Source: Caecitellus pseudoparvulus (taxonomy: Eukaryota; Protista; Bigyra: Bicosoecida). Taken from it: DNA of 64,000 nucleotides. This document shows, piece by piece, positions 9,215-20,408 of the stretch. Location: NCBI GenBank assembly GCA_965644315.1, contig CBFFRQ010000069.1, positions 1 through 64,000 on the forward strand, given 5' to 3'. The notes beneath the pieces are model-generated. The model saw only the letters and a program-made list of their open reading frames with translations, ran no database searches and was not told where the DNA came from. Both the position numbers and the translations under genes were made by a program. Position 1 is the stretch's first letter, and every line of letters starts with the position of its first letter.

Positions 9215-10576
9215 GCTGCTCACACATCACCTCTGCTGCTAGCTCCATAGCCAGGTCAGTTACAAGCGTTGCTGCTGTCTGCAGTGCTTTGGGGCTTGGA
9301 ACAGCTGCAACAGCAGAGGCCGCAGCCTCTGCGTTCGTGCGCACACTCGTCCGCCCCAACGCCATCCGCCGTGCCGCAACAGTGGCCTGCTTCAGACCGG
9401 ATCCCTGGCCTCCACGGCTACCACAGCGCAGCGCCATGCCGCCCAAGACGTGTCCACATGCTGCATCAGCACATACTAAGCTCAGGTGGGGCGTGTTGCT
9501 GAGTTCTCGTTGGCGGCCTGCCGTGTGGACCCCCACCAAGAGGAATCCAGCACACCGCCTACACCCTGGGCACCTCACCTCACCTGCTGCAGCCACGATG
9601 CCTAGAAGATTGTGGGCGTCCGCCACCGTTAATGTGGGCACATCTTGTGGTAGCCCGTAGACACCGTCCACAAGATTTCCATCTTCAACAGTCGCTGCGC
9701 CGTCTTGCATGCCAACGCCGTCACCAGCGTTCACCCAGGCACTCACGAACGATGTGTTCACGATGCGTCGCTTCTCTGACCGCGGCAGGAGTCCAAGTAG
9801 CCCGCTCGACCTTGTGCGTGGTGAAACTGATGCGGTGCAGTGGCTTGGGAAGGTGTACCTTGCTGGACTGGCGTCGTCCTCGGTTGACTCCGCCGCTGCA
9901 GCAGCCTTGCTTGTGCGATTGAGGACGGCATAGCAAGCTGCACACACATCCAAGCGCTGCGCAGCCCCCAGAGTATAAGCTGTGTCATCCGAGGCGAGCA
10001 TGACGTCCAACTGTGCTTGCACCTCCGCCTTGAAGCTGGGGGACATGCGTGCCACCTCCAGTGACTTGCAGGCGACTGCCTTTCCGGCGCTACCAGGCAG
10101 CTTGTGCAGGAGTGCAGGGGGCGCCTTCTTGTTGCGAAGAATGTGACATGACGCACAGAACTCTGTCCGCAAGTGACCGGGCGTCATCGCATCGGTATGG
10201 CACTGCGATACAAGTGAGTCGTGTTGTGCCAAACACAGCACGCAACCACACGCGCCCGGACAAGAGCAAGCATTGAACCTCACGCGACGGGGCCCCCCGC
10301 AGAAGGAGCAAGGTGTACTCTACACCACAGTACTCCGTAGTACAAATGCAGAACGCGAAGCGCAGCTCTAGAACTTACAGCGGCGTTGTGGGAATGCTGC
10401 TGTCGCATGCAGCCATCACATACGAAGTACCTGTCGCCCTTGCTGAAGCACAGCTCAGGGTACTTGGGGCCGAATGCAGCCCTCAGGCTACTCTTTATCC
10501 GTTGACGAACCTTGGCTTCTGCTCGACAGCCACACTTGCACCTGGAGCCATCCGTTCGCAGCCTGCCAGCACGCAA
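9215..10576 (-). pseudogene. Truncated Cys-rich putative transposase (5' start uncertain, possibly up to ~10808)
   Basis: Phase-0 GTAAGT..TAG intron 10378-10320 joins CKCGC...VCDGC to CSFC...FCASC...VCAAC...RCPGC...LVCADAAC...ARRMALGRTSV...LAAEVMCEQL. The frame runs into telomere repeats at 9214 before any DDE motif. Confidence 0.55.
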
Positions 10577-10901
10577 CGCTCGTGAAACGCCAGTAGGTGC
10601 GAGCGGGGTGCTTAGCCATGTTAACGCACCTACGAAGGATTCCCCTCAATGATTCAGGAACGCAACGTAGGCAGCTACAAGCTGCGCGTACGTCAAGTGC
10701 CCCCGCATTAACGGCGCGCCGAAGTGCCTCGCGCGCGGCACCCCTCGTTTGAGAGGTACCACCACACCTGACGCCAAGCGTCGCTGACTCCACCTCCAGC
10801 TCAGGCATGCTGCTAAGTAATACTGGGGCCGAGGTGTATGCATTGTTGTGTCTGATTGACAACGAAATATGTTCGCCGGAGCTCAAATGGAGCACCAGCG
10901 A

Positions 10902-10959
10902 ACGGCGCCTGTGGGCAAGGGAGTTTCGCAAACAAAACTCTCTTGCCCACAGGCGCCGT
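10902..10959. repeat. 25-bp inverted repeat with 8-nt loop
   Basis: ACGGCGCCTGTGGGCAAGGGAGTTT / AAACTCTCTTGCCCACAGGCGCCGT, with one G-T mismatch. Confidence 0.9.
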
Positions 10960-11128
10960 ACCCCCTTAATGACTGTATGACTGCATAGCCAGAAAGAACG
11001 AGAATGATCCGACACACAGGATTGCACTGGGCAAAGTGGTCTTGTGTGCTGGATCATTTTCGTATCCTTTTGGCGGTGATAACAGTAACATACATTGCAA
11101 GTGTCCATGAATCCGCTTGAAGGAGTGT

Positions 11129-14100
11129 TCATGTGGGTGCCTTTGAGGAAGGTTTGGCGGCGCTGCTTCTGCGCCGGGAGGTGGACGACCGCCGGCGAGC
11201 CGCGTTGGTGAATGATATCCGGCCACGGTCATCGAAGGACCGCCTGGATGCCAAAAGACCCCCCTGGGTACGTTGTTGCACTGCCATGTTTGCAAGGGCA
11301 GCCATGTGACCTATGCTCAACCGCCGTGGGCGCTGCTGAGGGTTCCCTGCCACCCCGACTTCAGTTCTGCGCACCACCCTTCGGCCAATGTTCAAACCCG
11401 AACCACTGGAAGCAGATGCTTCGGGTGCACCCAGCGCTCCGAACATTGGGTGGTCCAGGTTCACAAGCCCCCACAGTGAGCTGCAAGGTGCTGCAGATGA
11501 TTGCTGGTCTGGTAGCTGGCCTGGTGCTCGCGCTCGGCTGGCTGGAAGATCGGGGGTCTGCTTTGCTTGGGCTGTATGTGCTGGCCATGTACCCTGCTTC
11601 CTGGCACCATGCACGTCACTTCGAGCTGGAAAGCGGTCAGCCATGCATGACCGCAACGGATTGGTCGTCCTGCCCCCAACAGCAAGAGTGATGGGGAGCG
11701 GTGATGCTTGTTGCAAGTCCAACAATGACGTCGGCTGGGCTGGACTTGCACCTGACTCCACTTTTGACATGCCCGCTGTGGCGCCGCTCGATAATGTTCT
11801 GCTTTGTGTGGATACAACGGACACAAGAGCAGCTCCCTTTGGGCCCAATGCCTGCAGAACGGCATCAGCATCGCCACGTGGACTATCAAGTCCACCCTGC
11901 TGCGCCATTCCACCAGGGAACAACAGCACAGTGCTCAAGCTGGTGATGGTGAGCAGGACGGCTGGTTGGATGCGACCACACCTTGCCAGTCGCTGCGCCA
12001 GGGCTGACACAATGTCCACGAGCGTCGGCACTCGACTGTCCACAATGTGCCCCACAGTGCTGTCCCCTGCACTGTCTGCGCTGCCCAGCTCAGGCAGCAA
12101 GGCCCGGATGCGGGCTCCGACTCGAGCCAGCACTGCCCGTGCCGCTGAGCTGTACCCACGCACCACCACCAACAAAATGGCCAGCAGAATGACGCCTTGA
12201 GAGATGTACAGGAGAGCATCTGTGACTCCCTGCACGCCTGCAGGTGGGTGGAGGCTGTTCACGCCTACCAGCACCACCTGCAGCAGAATGCCGCCATGTG
12301 CCATGACGTCCAGGTCTGTCAGCTCCTCCAGACACCAGGGCCGCCGCCACCGCACGAGGAGCAGGCTGCCCAGCACTACAATACCCACCATGCACAGGCG
12401 CAGAGCGGTGTCAGTGGTCAGCCATGTGACGCACGCCACGACAGCCACAAGTGTGGTCTGCGTCGCAAGGAATGTGTGTGTGGGCAGCAGCCACGCGAAG
12501 CTACAGCAAGCTGCCTGGGCTTGCTCAGCCTCAGCGACAGCAGCCTCCGCGACGACACTGCTCTTGTCGCCCCCTACATGAGCCACAAGGTTCCGAGCTT
12601 GCTGTGGCGTCATCTGAATGCGGTAGCCGTTGGACAGGAAGCCACGCACCGTGGCGCCTCGCAATGCAGCGGTGCTCGCTCCTCGCCACTGCCGCCAAGC
12701 CATGAAGGAGACGAGACCCACGCTGCCTGCAAGAATGTGCAACACAAGCGGAAAGATGAAGGGAGCTGCGGCCTTCATGGTGCCAGCTGGCGCGTTGGCA
12801 TCGGCCATTGCTTCATGCTGGGGCCGCAGCCCCACCAACTCGGCGTGCAGCTGCAGCAGAGCAGGCAGCAGGCGGACGTACGCAGCTGCCGGGAGCAAAA
12901 GCAACACACTGCACCAAATCCCACGCGATGTTCCAGCTGCAGGCTTGGTGAGACCCAGCGTCAGTGCGGATGCCAGGAGCAGGAAGGCACCCAGCGCCAC
13001 CATGAACAGGTTACCAGCGTTGCCTGGACTAAATGGGTCGCCACCACCTGCAGCACAGGCCACAGAAGGCAAGCTTGCCAAGCTGCTAGAGCCAGTGATG
13101 GCAGAGAGCACAGCCATGCCACCTGCACCAGCCGATTCAGTGTCAGCATCGCGAGTATACAGCGTGCCGTTCAGATTTGAGGTGGGCTGTCCTGCCCACG
13201 GCCTGGCCAGCTCACATGCGCCTGCCCACTGGTGCAGGGAGTGTGCAGACGCCTGAAGAGAGTCTGGGCCCAAAGGTGCGAGGAAGGCGATCTGAGACGA
13301 CATGCCAATGAACCACAGCATGATCCTCAGTCCACCCGAGAACAAGCTGGTGGTGAGGCTATGTGGAGACTTGGCGTATTGGTGGAGAGCGAAGACTGCC
13401 AACGCAAGAGCCATGATGACCTGCATAGCAGTAAATCCAATGCTTGCAGCTATTGGAGAGACACCAATAACGGGGCACTGCTCACACGCTGAGCAAGGAG
13501 AGGCAGCCGCCCAGCCTTGGACACAAGTCCCACACGCTGCTCCTGTGTGGCCAACAGCACAGCTAGTGATGCCTGCCAAAGTGTTGGACACTACACATGA
13601 GCCCTGACGCGGACAAGGCAGCAGTTGAGCTGTTGTGGCGCTATGGCAACCAACGTGGCACGTTGATGAGCCTGGAAAGGCAAGGTGAAAAGCAGAAGGA
13701 GAACTTCTGGAAGTTCCTGGTTGCCACGCCCAACGTGAGCCAGCTGACTCGGGGACAGAAGATGGTGGAGAGGTCTTGGGAAGCGACGAGACAGATGCCT
13801 TGGCTAATGGAAACAACGTGGAAGTACTGGACACCGTGGACGTCGCGGAAGCTGTGCCGGACACCGTAGACGCCGGGGGAGCTGTGCCAGACACCGTGGA
13901 CGTCGCGGAAGCTGTGCCAGACACCGTGGACGTCGCGGAAGCTGTGCCAGACACCGTGGACGTCGCGGAAGCTGTGCCGGACACCGTAGACGCCGGGGGA
14001 GCTGTGCCAGACACCGTGGACGTCGCGGAAGCTGTGCCAGACACCGTGGACGTCGCGGAAGCTGTGCCAGACACCGTGGACGTCGCGGAAGCTGTGCCAG

Positions 14101-15805
14101 ACACCGTGGACGTCGCGGAAGCTGTGCCGGACACCATGGCGTTTGAAGACACCGATGGCGTTCTGGTGGCTGAGGCGGTTGATGTTGGCGAGGCTGTAAG
14201 GCTTGATGATGGTGACATGGATGCAGTTGCCGTTCCACTTGACGAGCTAGTCACAGATATCGATGGTGTGCCTGATGGCGTGGACGTTGAACTGGGCGAG
14301 TGTGACGGAGAGGCTGAGGGTTGCAAAAAATGTACAGTGCCAGCAGTGTATGGGAGCTCATCATCGCCGATGGTGTTGCCGTTGCCGTATCCCACCTGCC
14401 CATAGTTCCCAGCACCCCAGCATATCAAATCGCCGCTGCTCAATGTAGCACAAGTGTGAAGAGCTCCCGCTGCCACCTGCGTAACAGTAACACCAGCACC
14501 CAGATTCACAGAGCCTGCAGTGTACGGATGCTCGTTGTCACCAATGCTATTGGTGTTGCCGTACCCCAGCCGCCCATTGTCTCCAGCACCCCAGCACATC
14601 AAATCGCCGCTGCTCAACAGAGCACACGTGTGATGGTACCCCGTTACCACCTGTGTAACAGTGACACCAGCACCCAGATTCACACTGCCTGCAGTGTAAG
14701 GATGCTCATCATCACCAATGCTATTGGTGTTGCCGTACCCCAGCTGGCCAGAGATCCCAGCACCCCAGCACGTCACATTGCCGCTGCTCAACAGAGCGCA
14801 TGTGTGATAAGTTCCTGCTGCCACCTGTGTGACTGTAACACCAGCGCCCAGATTTACAGTGCCTGCAGTGTACGGGAGCTCGTCGTCACCAATGCTGTTG
14901 GTGCTGCCGTACCCCAGCTGACCATTGTCTCCAGCACCCCAGCACATCAAATCGCCGCTGCTCAATACAGCACACGAGTGAAAAGACCCCACTGCCACCT
15001 GCGTGACTGTAACACCAGCACCCAGATTCACACTGCCTGCAGTATGCGGATGCTCATTGTCACCAATGTTGTGGGTGCTGCCGTACCCCAGCCGCCCATT
15101 TCCTCCGTATCCCCAGCACGTCACATTGCCGCTGCTCAACAGAGCACACGTGTGATGGTACCCCGCTGCCACCTGTGTCGCGGTGACTCCAGGACCCAAG
15201 TTCACAGTGCCTGCAGTATATGGGAGCTCATCGTCACCGATGTCGTTTGTGTTGTTGTACCCCAGCTGCCCATGTCCTCCGTATCCCCAGCACATCACAC
15301 TCCCGCTGCTCAACAAAGCACACGTGTGATAACCCCCTGCCGCCACCTGCGTGACAGTGACACCAGCGCCCAGACTCACAGTGCCAGCAGTGTACGGGGG
15401 CTCATTGTCACCGACGTCGTAGGTGTTGCCGTACCCCAGCTGTCCATAATTTCCTTGTCCCCAGCATCGAGCTTTATCATCATGGGCTGCACAAGAATGC
15501 CCGTTCCCAGCAGAAACATTAAAGCCATGTGGCCCCGCACCTGACAGCTGACGACCATGCCTGCCACCAAGCACTCCCTTTCCAACCTCAACCAGTGAAG
15601 GTGTGGCACTTGCATGGCACAAGCTTGCCAAAGCAAAAGTCAAGGTGAGAGCCAGGCACCACAAGTTGCCAACTTCACGCTGACGGGGTCTCCAGCGCAC
15701 GGCAGGTGAAGCCTGGCCCGCAAGAGCGCTGATTCTTGCTGGGAACATATTTAAATGAACGCTTCTCACAATTGACACAGTGCTGACCCTGTCCTGTGCG
15801 GGCAT
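11129..15805 (-). CDS. Surface protein: signal peptide, RCC1 repeats, Ser/Thr stalk, Cys-rich linker, multi-pass TM region, cytoplasmic tail
   Basis: Within ORF 11129..16309; likely start ATG 15805 or 15748 before LWCLALTLTFALASLCHASA. About 7 repeats of 59 aa (VAAGxxHTCALLSSGxVxCWGxGxxGQLGYG), CAVGHTGAACGTCVQGW, and many hydrophobic helices. Confidence 0.85.
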   Translation of the reverse strand: MPAQDRVSTVSIVRSVHLNMFPARISALAGQASPAVRWRPRQREVGNLWCLALTLTFALASLCHASATPSLVEVGKGVLGGRHGRQLSGAGPHGFNVSAGNGHSCAAHDDKARCWGQGNYGQLGYGNTYDVGDNEPPYTAGTVSLGAGVTVTQVAAGGYHTCALLSSGSVMCWGYGGHGQLGYNNTNDIGDDELPYTAGTVNLGPGVTATQVAAGYHHTCALLSSGNVTCWGYGGNGRLGYGSTHNIGDNEHPHTAGSVNLGAGVTVTQVAVGSFHSCAVLSSGDLMCWGAGDNGQLGYGSTNSIGDDELPYTAGTVNLGAGVTVTQVAAGTYHTCALLSSGNVTCWGAGISGQLGYGNTNSIGDDEHPYTAGSVNLGAGVTVTQVVTGYHHTCALLSSGDLMCWGAGDNGRLGYGNTNSIGDNEHPYTAGSVNLGAGVTVTQVAAGALHTCATLSSGDLICWGAGNYGQVGYGNGNTIGDDELPYTAGTVHFLQPSASPSHSPSSTSTPSGTPSISVTSSSSGTATASMSPSSSLTASPTSTASATRTPSVSSNAMVSGTASATSTVSGTASATSTVSGTASATSTVSGTASATSTVSGTAPPASTVSGTASATSTVSGTASATSTVSGTASATSTVSGTAPPASTVSGTASATSTVSSTSTLFPLAKASVSSLPKTSPPSSVPESAGSRWAWQPGTSRSSPSAFHLAFPGSSTCHVGCHSATTAQLLPCPRQGSCVVSNTLAGITSCAVGHTGAACGTCVQGWAAASPCSACEQCPVIGVSPIAASIGFTAMQVIMALALAVFALHQYAKSPHSLTTSLFSGGLRIMLWFIGMSSQIAFLAPLGPDSLQASAHSLHQWAGACELARPWAGQPTSNLNGTLYTRDADTESAGAGGMAVLSAITGSSSLASLPSVACAAGGGDPFSPGNAGNLFMVALGAFLLLASALTLGLTKPAAGTSRGIWCSVLLLLPAAAYVRLLPALLQLHAELVGLRPQHEAMADANAPAGTMKAAAPFIFPLVLHILAGSVGLVSFMAWRQWRGASTAALRGATVRGFLSNGYRIQMTPQQARNLVAHVGGDKSSVVAEAAVAEAEQAQAACCSFAWLLPTHTFLATQTTLVAVVACVTWLTTDTALRLCMVGIVVLGSLLLVRWRRPWCLEELTDLDVMAHGGILLQVVLVGVNSLHPPAGVQGVTDALLYISQGVILLAILLVVVRGYSSAARAVLARVGARIRALLPELGSADSAGDSTVGHIVDSRVPTLVDIVSALAQRLARCGRIQPAVLLTITSLSTVLLFPGGMAQQGGLDSPRGDADAVLQALGPKGAALVSVVSTQSRTLSSGATAGMSKVESGASPAQPTSLLDLQQASPLPITLAVGGRTTNPLRSCMADRFPARSDVHGARKQGTWPAHTAQAKQTPDLPASRARAPGQLPDQQSSAAPCSSLWGLVNLDHPMFGALGAPEASASSGSGLNIGRRVVRRTEVGVAGNPQQRPRRLSIGHMAALANMAVQQRTQGGLLASRRSFDDRGRISFTNAARRRSSTSRRRSSAAKPSSKAPT
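13830..14135. repeat. 30-bp coding minisatellite, 10 copies (VSGTASATST)
   Basis: GACACCGTGGACGTCGCGGAAGCTGTGCC(A/G) units, with a variant unit at 13860 and 13980. Confidence 0.95.
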
Positions 15806-17379
15806 CTTGCAATGCCAACGAGCTGACAGGCTTGTCGCGGCAACCTGCAACTTGAGCAAAATCCCGTGCCAAGGGACGAGATCCTGAGCAGGGGGAGTAG
15901 ATGTCAAATCTCGCCACCAAAAGCAGGATGTCAGCCACAGATTCCCAGGTTTTGGCAGGGCTGCAGCACAATATGCGCGCCTGTGAGAGTGTCTCAAGTT
16001 CCGCTGCACCTTGTCGCAAGTGCCTGCTTCAGCCCACCGATGCAAGCTGACCGAGCGGGCAACAACACCCGCAGCCAGAAAGGGGCTAATCCAATTTTCA
16101 CGGGCTCGGAGTTTGGTATTGATGGTGAAATGTCTGAGACTCCCCTCTGCCTCGGCTTCAAGGGTACCTTGCTGTGCTGGTAGCGCTGGAGCCGTGCAAA
16201 CGCTGCCATCGACAACGGCTGTGTCGCCCTCGCTTGAAGCCCAGCAGAAAGTCTGACATGCACACTTCATGGGTCCATGGCTCCACCGGGCCCCCTCGCG
16301 TTCGTCCACTTGCTTTCAGCAGTTTCACGTGGTTCCAGGAGGAAGCGGCCACTCCACCCAACCAACGAGAGCTGGAAATTGTATGCTGGTGAGCACGCCA
16401 AAGCAAGAGCAAGCCCCATGGACACCCCAATTTTGTATCAAGCTTCGTAGAGCAAGTTGCTGGGGCGTTCCTGTTCGTGCAGGGCCAAGAGTGTCCGGGT
16501 AATTGTCAGGCATCCAAGCAGCTCGCTAGTGTACCCATCTTCTTTGGCCAAGCAAAAGCACCCAAACCCAAGGGAGGCCACCTTCCACCTCCCAACATCT
16601 AATCTCCCCCATTGTCAGCCAATAGCCGCCGTCACAACACTCCCCATCAGCTGCGCTACGCCCTGCAGCCGTGCAAACTCTCGTTCCAAGCATACCAGTT
16701 TCCGCACATGAGCTACCCCTTCATCTGCTGCTCCCTTGTCATCAAAGACACATTCTGGCAAGCCATGCTCGCCAAAACTGGTGCATGTACCTATACTCAC
16801 ACTGAGAAGAATCTATTTGCCATCTTCTCGGCGAAAATGTCCACACTGTGCTCCTCCCGAACGATGGAGCTGTGCTGGTGATTCTCGCCTACCAAGACAC
16901 TCCCCAGTCACATTGCCTGTTTGCCTTGGCAATCAACGATACCCGATCATCAACTCGTCCCCTATGCCAAAGAATCCAAAGCTAGCAAAACTTAATTTTA
17001 TGAATTGTTTTGAGGTTACTTTTGACTGGGAAGGTGCTGTATCAAGACACCACACCCAGCCCCAACACTCTCGACGAACCCTCAACCCAGCCTGCCAAGC
17101 ACCAAGAGCGAAAGACAGCATCTGAGCAACCACCTGTCAGCCTCTCCATACTGAAGGGCGTCCATCGCGCACCCCATGCCCACAAGCCACCACTCTTTTC
17201 ACTTGAATCCCATTGGCACTGGCTTTCTCGACCTTCATTACTGCTCATGGGAAGTCCAGTTGTAAACTGGCAAGGCTAACGCACCACTCTGCCAACCGCA
17301 GCGCCCTTCCTCATCTTACTCACAACGCGCAGGTATCAGTCCAATTCACCACGCCCAACGTCGCGCCATGTGCACGGGT

Positions 17380-19581
17380 TTACCCCAAGCTGTCTCCCGA
17401 GTCACTTCGGAAGAAGGGGTCAGGATCGCCTCCCCTACCTTGGCGCTGAGATTCACTCCGCCCCTCTGGCTTCACGGGTGTGGCAAGTTTGCTTGAGCCT
17501 TCAAGGCCTGTTAGGCGCTCACATGCAAGTTCTCGGTCAATGCAGGCTGCCTCGAGCTTTTCCAGCGCGCACGCCCTGCCGAATTGGAGCCAGTACAGCG
17601 CCACGCTCACTTGTTGGGTCCAGTCGGTGAGTGCAGCGACTGGCTTGGTTCTGGGAATGTACGATGCCAGGTTCTGCGCGAGAGCTTGCGCAAAGATGTG
17701 CACAGGGCCAACACTACCAGAGAGTAGGGTGTGTAAGCCACACGGGCCTTGACAAGTTCGAGCGCCAAGCCCTTCTTCGCCCCCTTCTCGCACCCCACGC
17801 ACAATCCGTGCAGGTATGGGATCGTGCACAGTGCGTCGACGTGCTGCAGGATCCCCCCGATGCTGCAGCTCCGCGCTTGAGATGGGCGGCGATGAGGCAA
17901 GGGTCTGCTGTGACCGAAGCCGGGCAGCGGCCAATTGTTGCTGCTGCAACTTGGATGGTGAAAACGCGCTGGCTTTTGGCTGAAAGGCAAAGCGCTGCGG
18001 GGGCGATGCCTGGCGAGGCACACGAGGCATGCGTCGCTTGTGGGGTGTCGGGGTGCTGCTGGGTTGGGGCGGAGGAGCTTCGGTCCGAGGATCAGGCGCT
18101 GCAGGCAGGCTGAGTTCAGCGTCGAGATCTGCCAAGTCAAGCTCAAGACTCGATGGCAGGACCATGTTCCGATTCATCCAATCTAGGATGTCCTTCCGTG
18201 GTGGCAGCAGCTTCTCGATTCCCGTGTGCACCCCTGGGGCAGCCGCAAGCCAGGCAAGCGCGGCAGAGCTGTCTGCTTGGCTCGCTTGGACCAGCTCATG
18301 GCAAATCACGCAGGCCAAAGAGGTGGCCTGCCCGCAAGATGAGTCACAGGTTTCGTGTGCAGGAGACAGTGCGTGCTGCAGACCATGCTCCAGCACACAC
18401 TTTGCGCACTCGCTGGCGGCCTCCGTTGCGTGAAGAAGGCACAACTTCAGGTGCTCGAAGAATGCAAGGAACTCGCCCACCTGCTCCCTTATCCGAAGTG
18501 CCATGCTGAGCCCTGCAAATACCACATCTCGTTCGTCTCTAGCCAGCTGCAGGGGGTCTTCACAATGAATACTTGGGGTTCCATCTGCTGCATCGTGTTG
18601 ACCAGCAGTGTGAGTTGCGGTGCTTTCGTAGAAGTCCTGTGCAGCAGAGGCAGTGACGAAGAGCATATCCACAGCATCGCCCACCGGCATTGGTTGTGGT
18701 CCAAATTCCTTTTCTTCTGACCCAGAGCCCGTCGCAGCCATGTCATCCGCTACAAGCCAATCAGGCGCAGCTCCGCTCAGTTGAGCGGTGACACTGTGAA
18801 GGCAGTGAAGCCCCGTCTGGCCACATACGCTCTGATGTGCCTGCATCTCCACAGGTGCACAGAGGGAAGATGCGCGCAGCTTCAATGGCTCCAAGTCGTG
18901 GGCTTCACCATCCTGCTCCACATCAGCCACAAACCGAAACACGACACTCGCCTGCACGTCTGCACCAGTTGCTCTCAGACCCAGCAGGCACATTCTTGGG
19001 CGGGCCAACAGCGCAAGATGGGTATATGAAGGTTGTAAGGCCTCGGCGGAGGCTGCTGCCCTTCTCTCAGTGCTCTTCCTGCTCTGAACCTGGGTGTCAA
19101 AGTGCAGCAGGAGTTGCCGAGTCAGGTCGATCCTGCGTTGCGCCTCCGCCGACCGGAGCTGCAGCGCAGCAATCAACCTTTCCAAACGCTCCACCGACTC
19201 ATCGATGCTTGACTTGACCAGGTGGTATTTATCGCTCACCGCCTGGAGCCTCTCTCTCAGGGCGCTTTCGCGATCCGACAAGGAGACAATCAGCGCGTTC
19301 AGCCTGGCTCGCGCTTGAATGGCGTCTTCTCCGCCCTCGTGGAAGTAATCCTCAATCAAGAATGCCTCTTCGTTGGCCAAGAAGACCCTTGGCGTCGCGT
19401 GCATGGTGGCTGCCGTGCGACCTGGGCTTGCTTTCGCTGAATCCGAGCCAGCGCCCGCTGCAGACCGCGTCACTTCAACGCTCCCTCCATGACTATGGCT
19501 GCTGAACAGGCCACGCTCCACTGGATGGCTGCTCGACTTTGGGGCCATCCTCGATGACACCTCTGCTACCCGTTCCTCCAT
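17380..19581 (-). CDS. Hypothetical protein with N-terminal coiled coil
   Basis: 733-aa ORF with heptad region ARARLNALIVSLSDRESALRERLQ...; no family recognised; may hide introns. Confidence 0.6.
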   Translation of the reverse strand: MEERVAEVSSRMAPKSSSHPVERGLFSSHSHGGSVEVTRSAAGAGSDSAKASPGRTAATMHATPRVFLANEEAFLIEDYFHEGGEDAIQARARLNALIVSLSDRESALRERLQAVSDKYHLVKSSIDESVERLERLIAALQLRSAEAQRRIDLTRQLLLHFDTQVQSRKSTERRAAASAEALQPSYTHLALLARPRMCLLGLRATGADVQASVVFRFVADVEQDGEAHDLEPLKLRASSLCAPVEMQAHQSVCGQTGLHCLHSVTAQLSGAAPDWLVADDMAATGSGSEEKEFGPQPMPVGDAVDMLFVTASAAQDFYESTATHTAGQHDAADGTPSIHCEDPLQLARDERDVVFAGLSMALRIREQVGEFLAFFEHLKLCLLHATEAASECAKCVLEHGLQHALSPAHETCDSSCGQATSLACVICHELVQASQADSSAALAWLAAAPGVHTGIEKLLPPRKDILDWMNRNMVLPSSLELDLADLDAELSLPAAPDPRTEAPPPQPSSTPTPHKRRMPRVPRQASPPQRFAFQPKASAFSPSKLQQQQLAAARLRSQQTLASSPPISSAELQHRGDPAARRRTVHDPIPARIVRGVREGGEEGLGARTCQGPCGLHTLLSGSVGPVHIFAQALAQNLASYIPRTKPVAALTDWTQQVSVALYWLQFGRACALEKLEAACIDRELACERLTGLEGSSKLATPVKPEGRSESQRQGRGGDPDPFFRSDSGDSLG

Positions 19582-20408
19582 TGAATACCGAGTAATTCCC
19601 TACCGCACGCAGCGACGCCGAAGTGCACTGCACTTCGTGCTTCTGCCCTGCCTTCTGCTGGCGCCCGGCACACACGTGCAGGAAAGAGAATTTCACGTGG
19701 CAAAATTCAAAATAGTACCAAAACGTCGAGGCTCTGTGCTGCTTCCAGGGGGCATCGCTCTTGTGCCTGTCCGCTGTCCCACGTGGTGGTGTCGAAATCT
19801 TGCCAAGGACCACCTCACTCTCCACCTCCACAGCCAGGCCAAGGCTCGACCTCGTGGCTGAACGCTTGTACAGTAGAGTGCAGCAGGTGTGCACCTTTCT
19901 CGCAGCCTGCAGGCACTTTTCATTTTGCGGGCTTTCAGAAGCTGATTCCAACTATCCTTTTGTCAAACAGCACGTCGAATCGGATAGATCAGCACTGCCC
20001 CTCCACAGAAACCCCAAGAACTCGAATCCTTCACCAAGCTGTGCCCCGAGGACCACAAACAAACACTTGAAGCCAAGTTTACACCTCAGGCTTTTCTCCT
20101 CCAGGACGAATGAGCCTGTCCACTCGCAGGTTAGCGCCTCAGCTCTCCGCACCCAAGTCAAATGCCCTTCAAAACTGCAATTCCAACTCTTCCCCACAAC
20201 ACACTCATCGAAGAACTATTCTTCCCCCATCCAGCATCTCCCAAGACTCCACACTCCACCTGTGCTCAGAGCAACTTTGCGCTTGGTGCACGCTGTGTGA
20301 GCGGAAATTGTTTCCGGGCCGTTCCCGTCGTTGTCTGCTGCTTCCCATCCAAGCCACTCCAAGCGATAAAAGCACTCACCAGCTCTGCAACAAGTCCAAA
20401 CCTCAAGC

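Larger units (their letters stand above)
9215..10965 (-). mobile_element. Kolobok-like DNA transposon remnant, truncated by telomere repeats
   Basis: Minus-strand terminus TTAA|GGGGGTAC (TTAA at 10966-10969) fits the Kolobok RR-end and TTAA target. Subterminal 25-bp hairpin. Cys-rich spliced frame resembles the N-terminal half of a Kolobok/Mutator-like transposase. Confidence 0.55.

Noticed and set aside
15806-17379. 5' extension of the 1726-aa ORF and short ORFs upstream
   Set aside because: They lie before the signal peptide and show no recognisable protein features; treated as UTR or intergenic.
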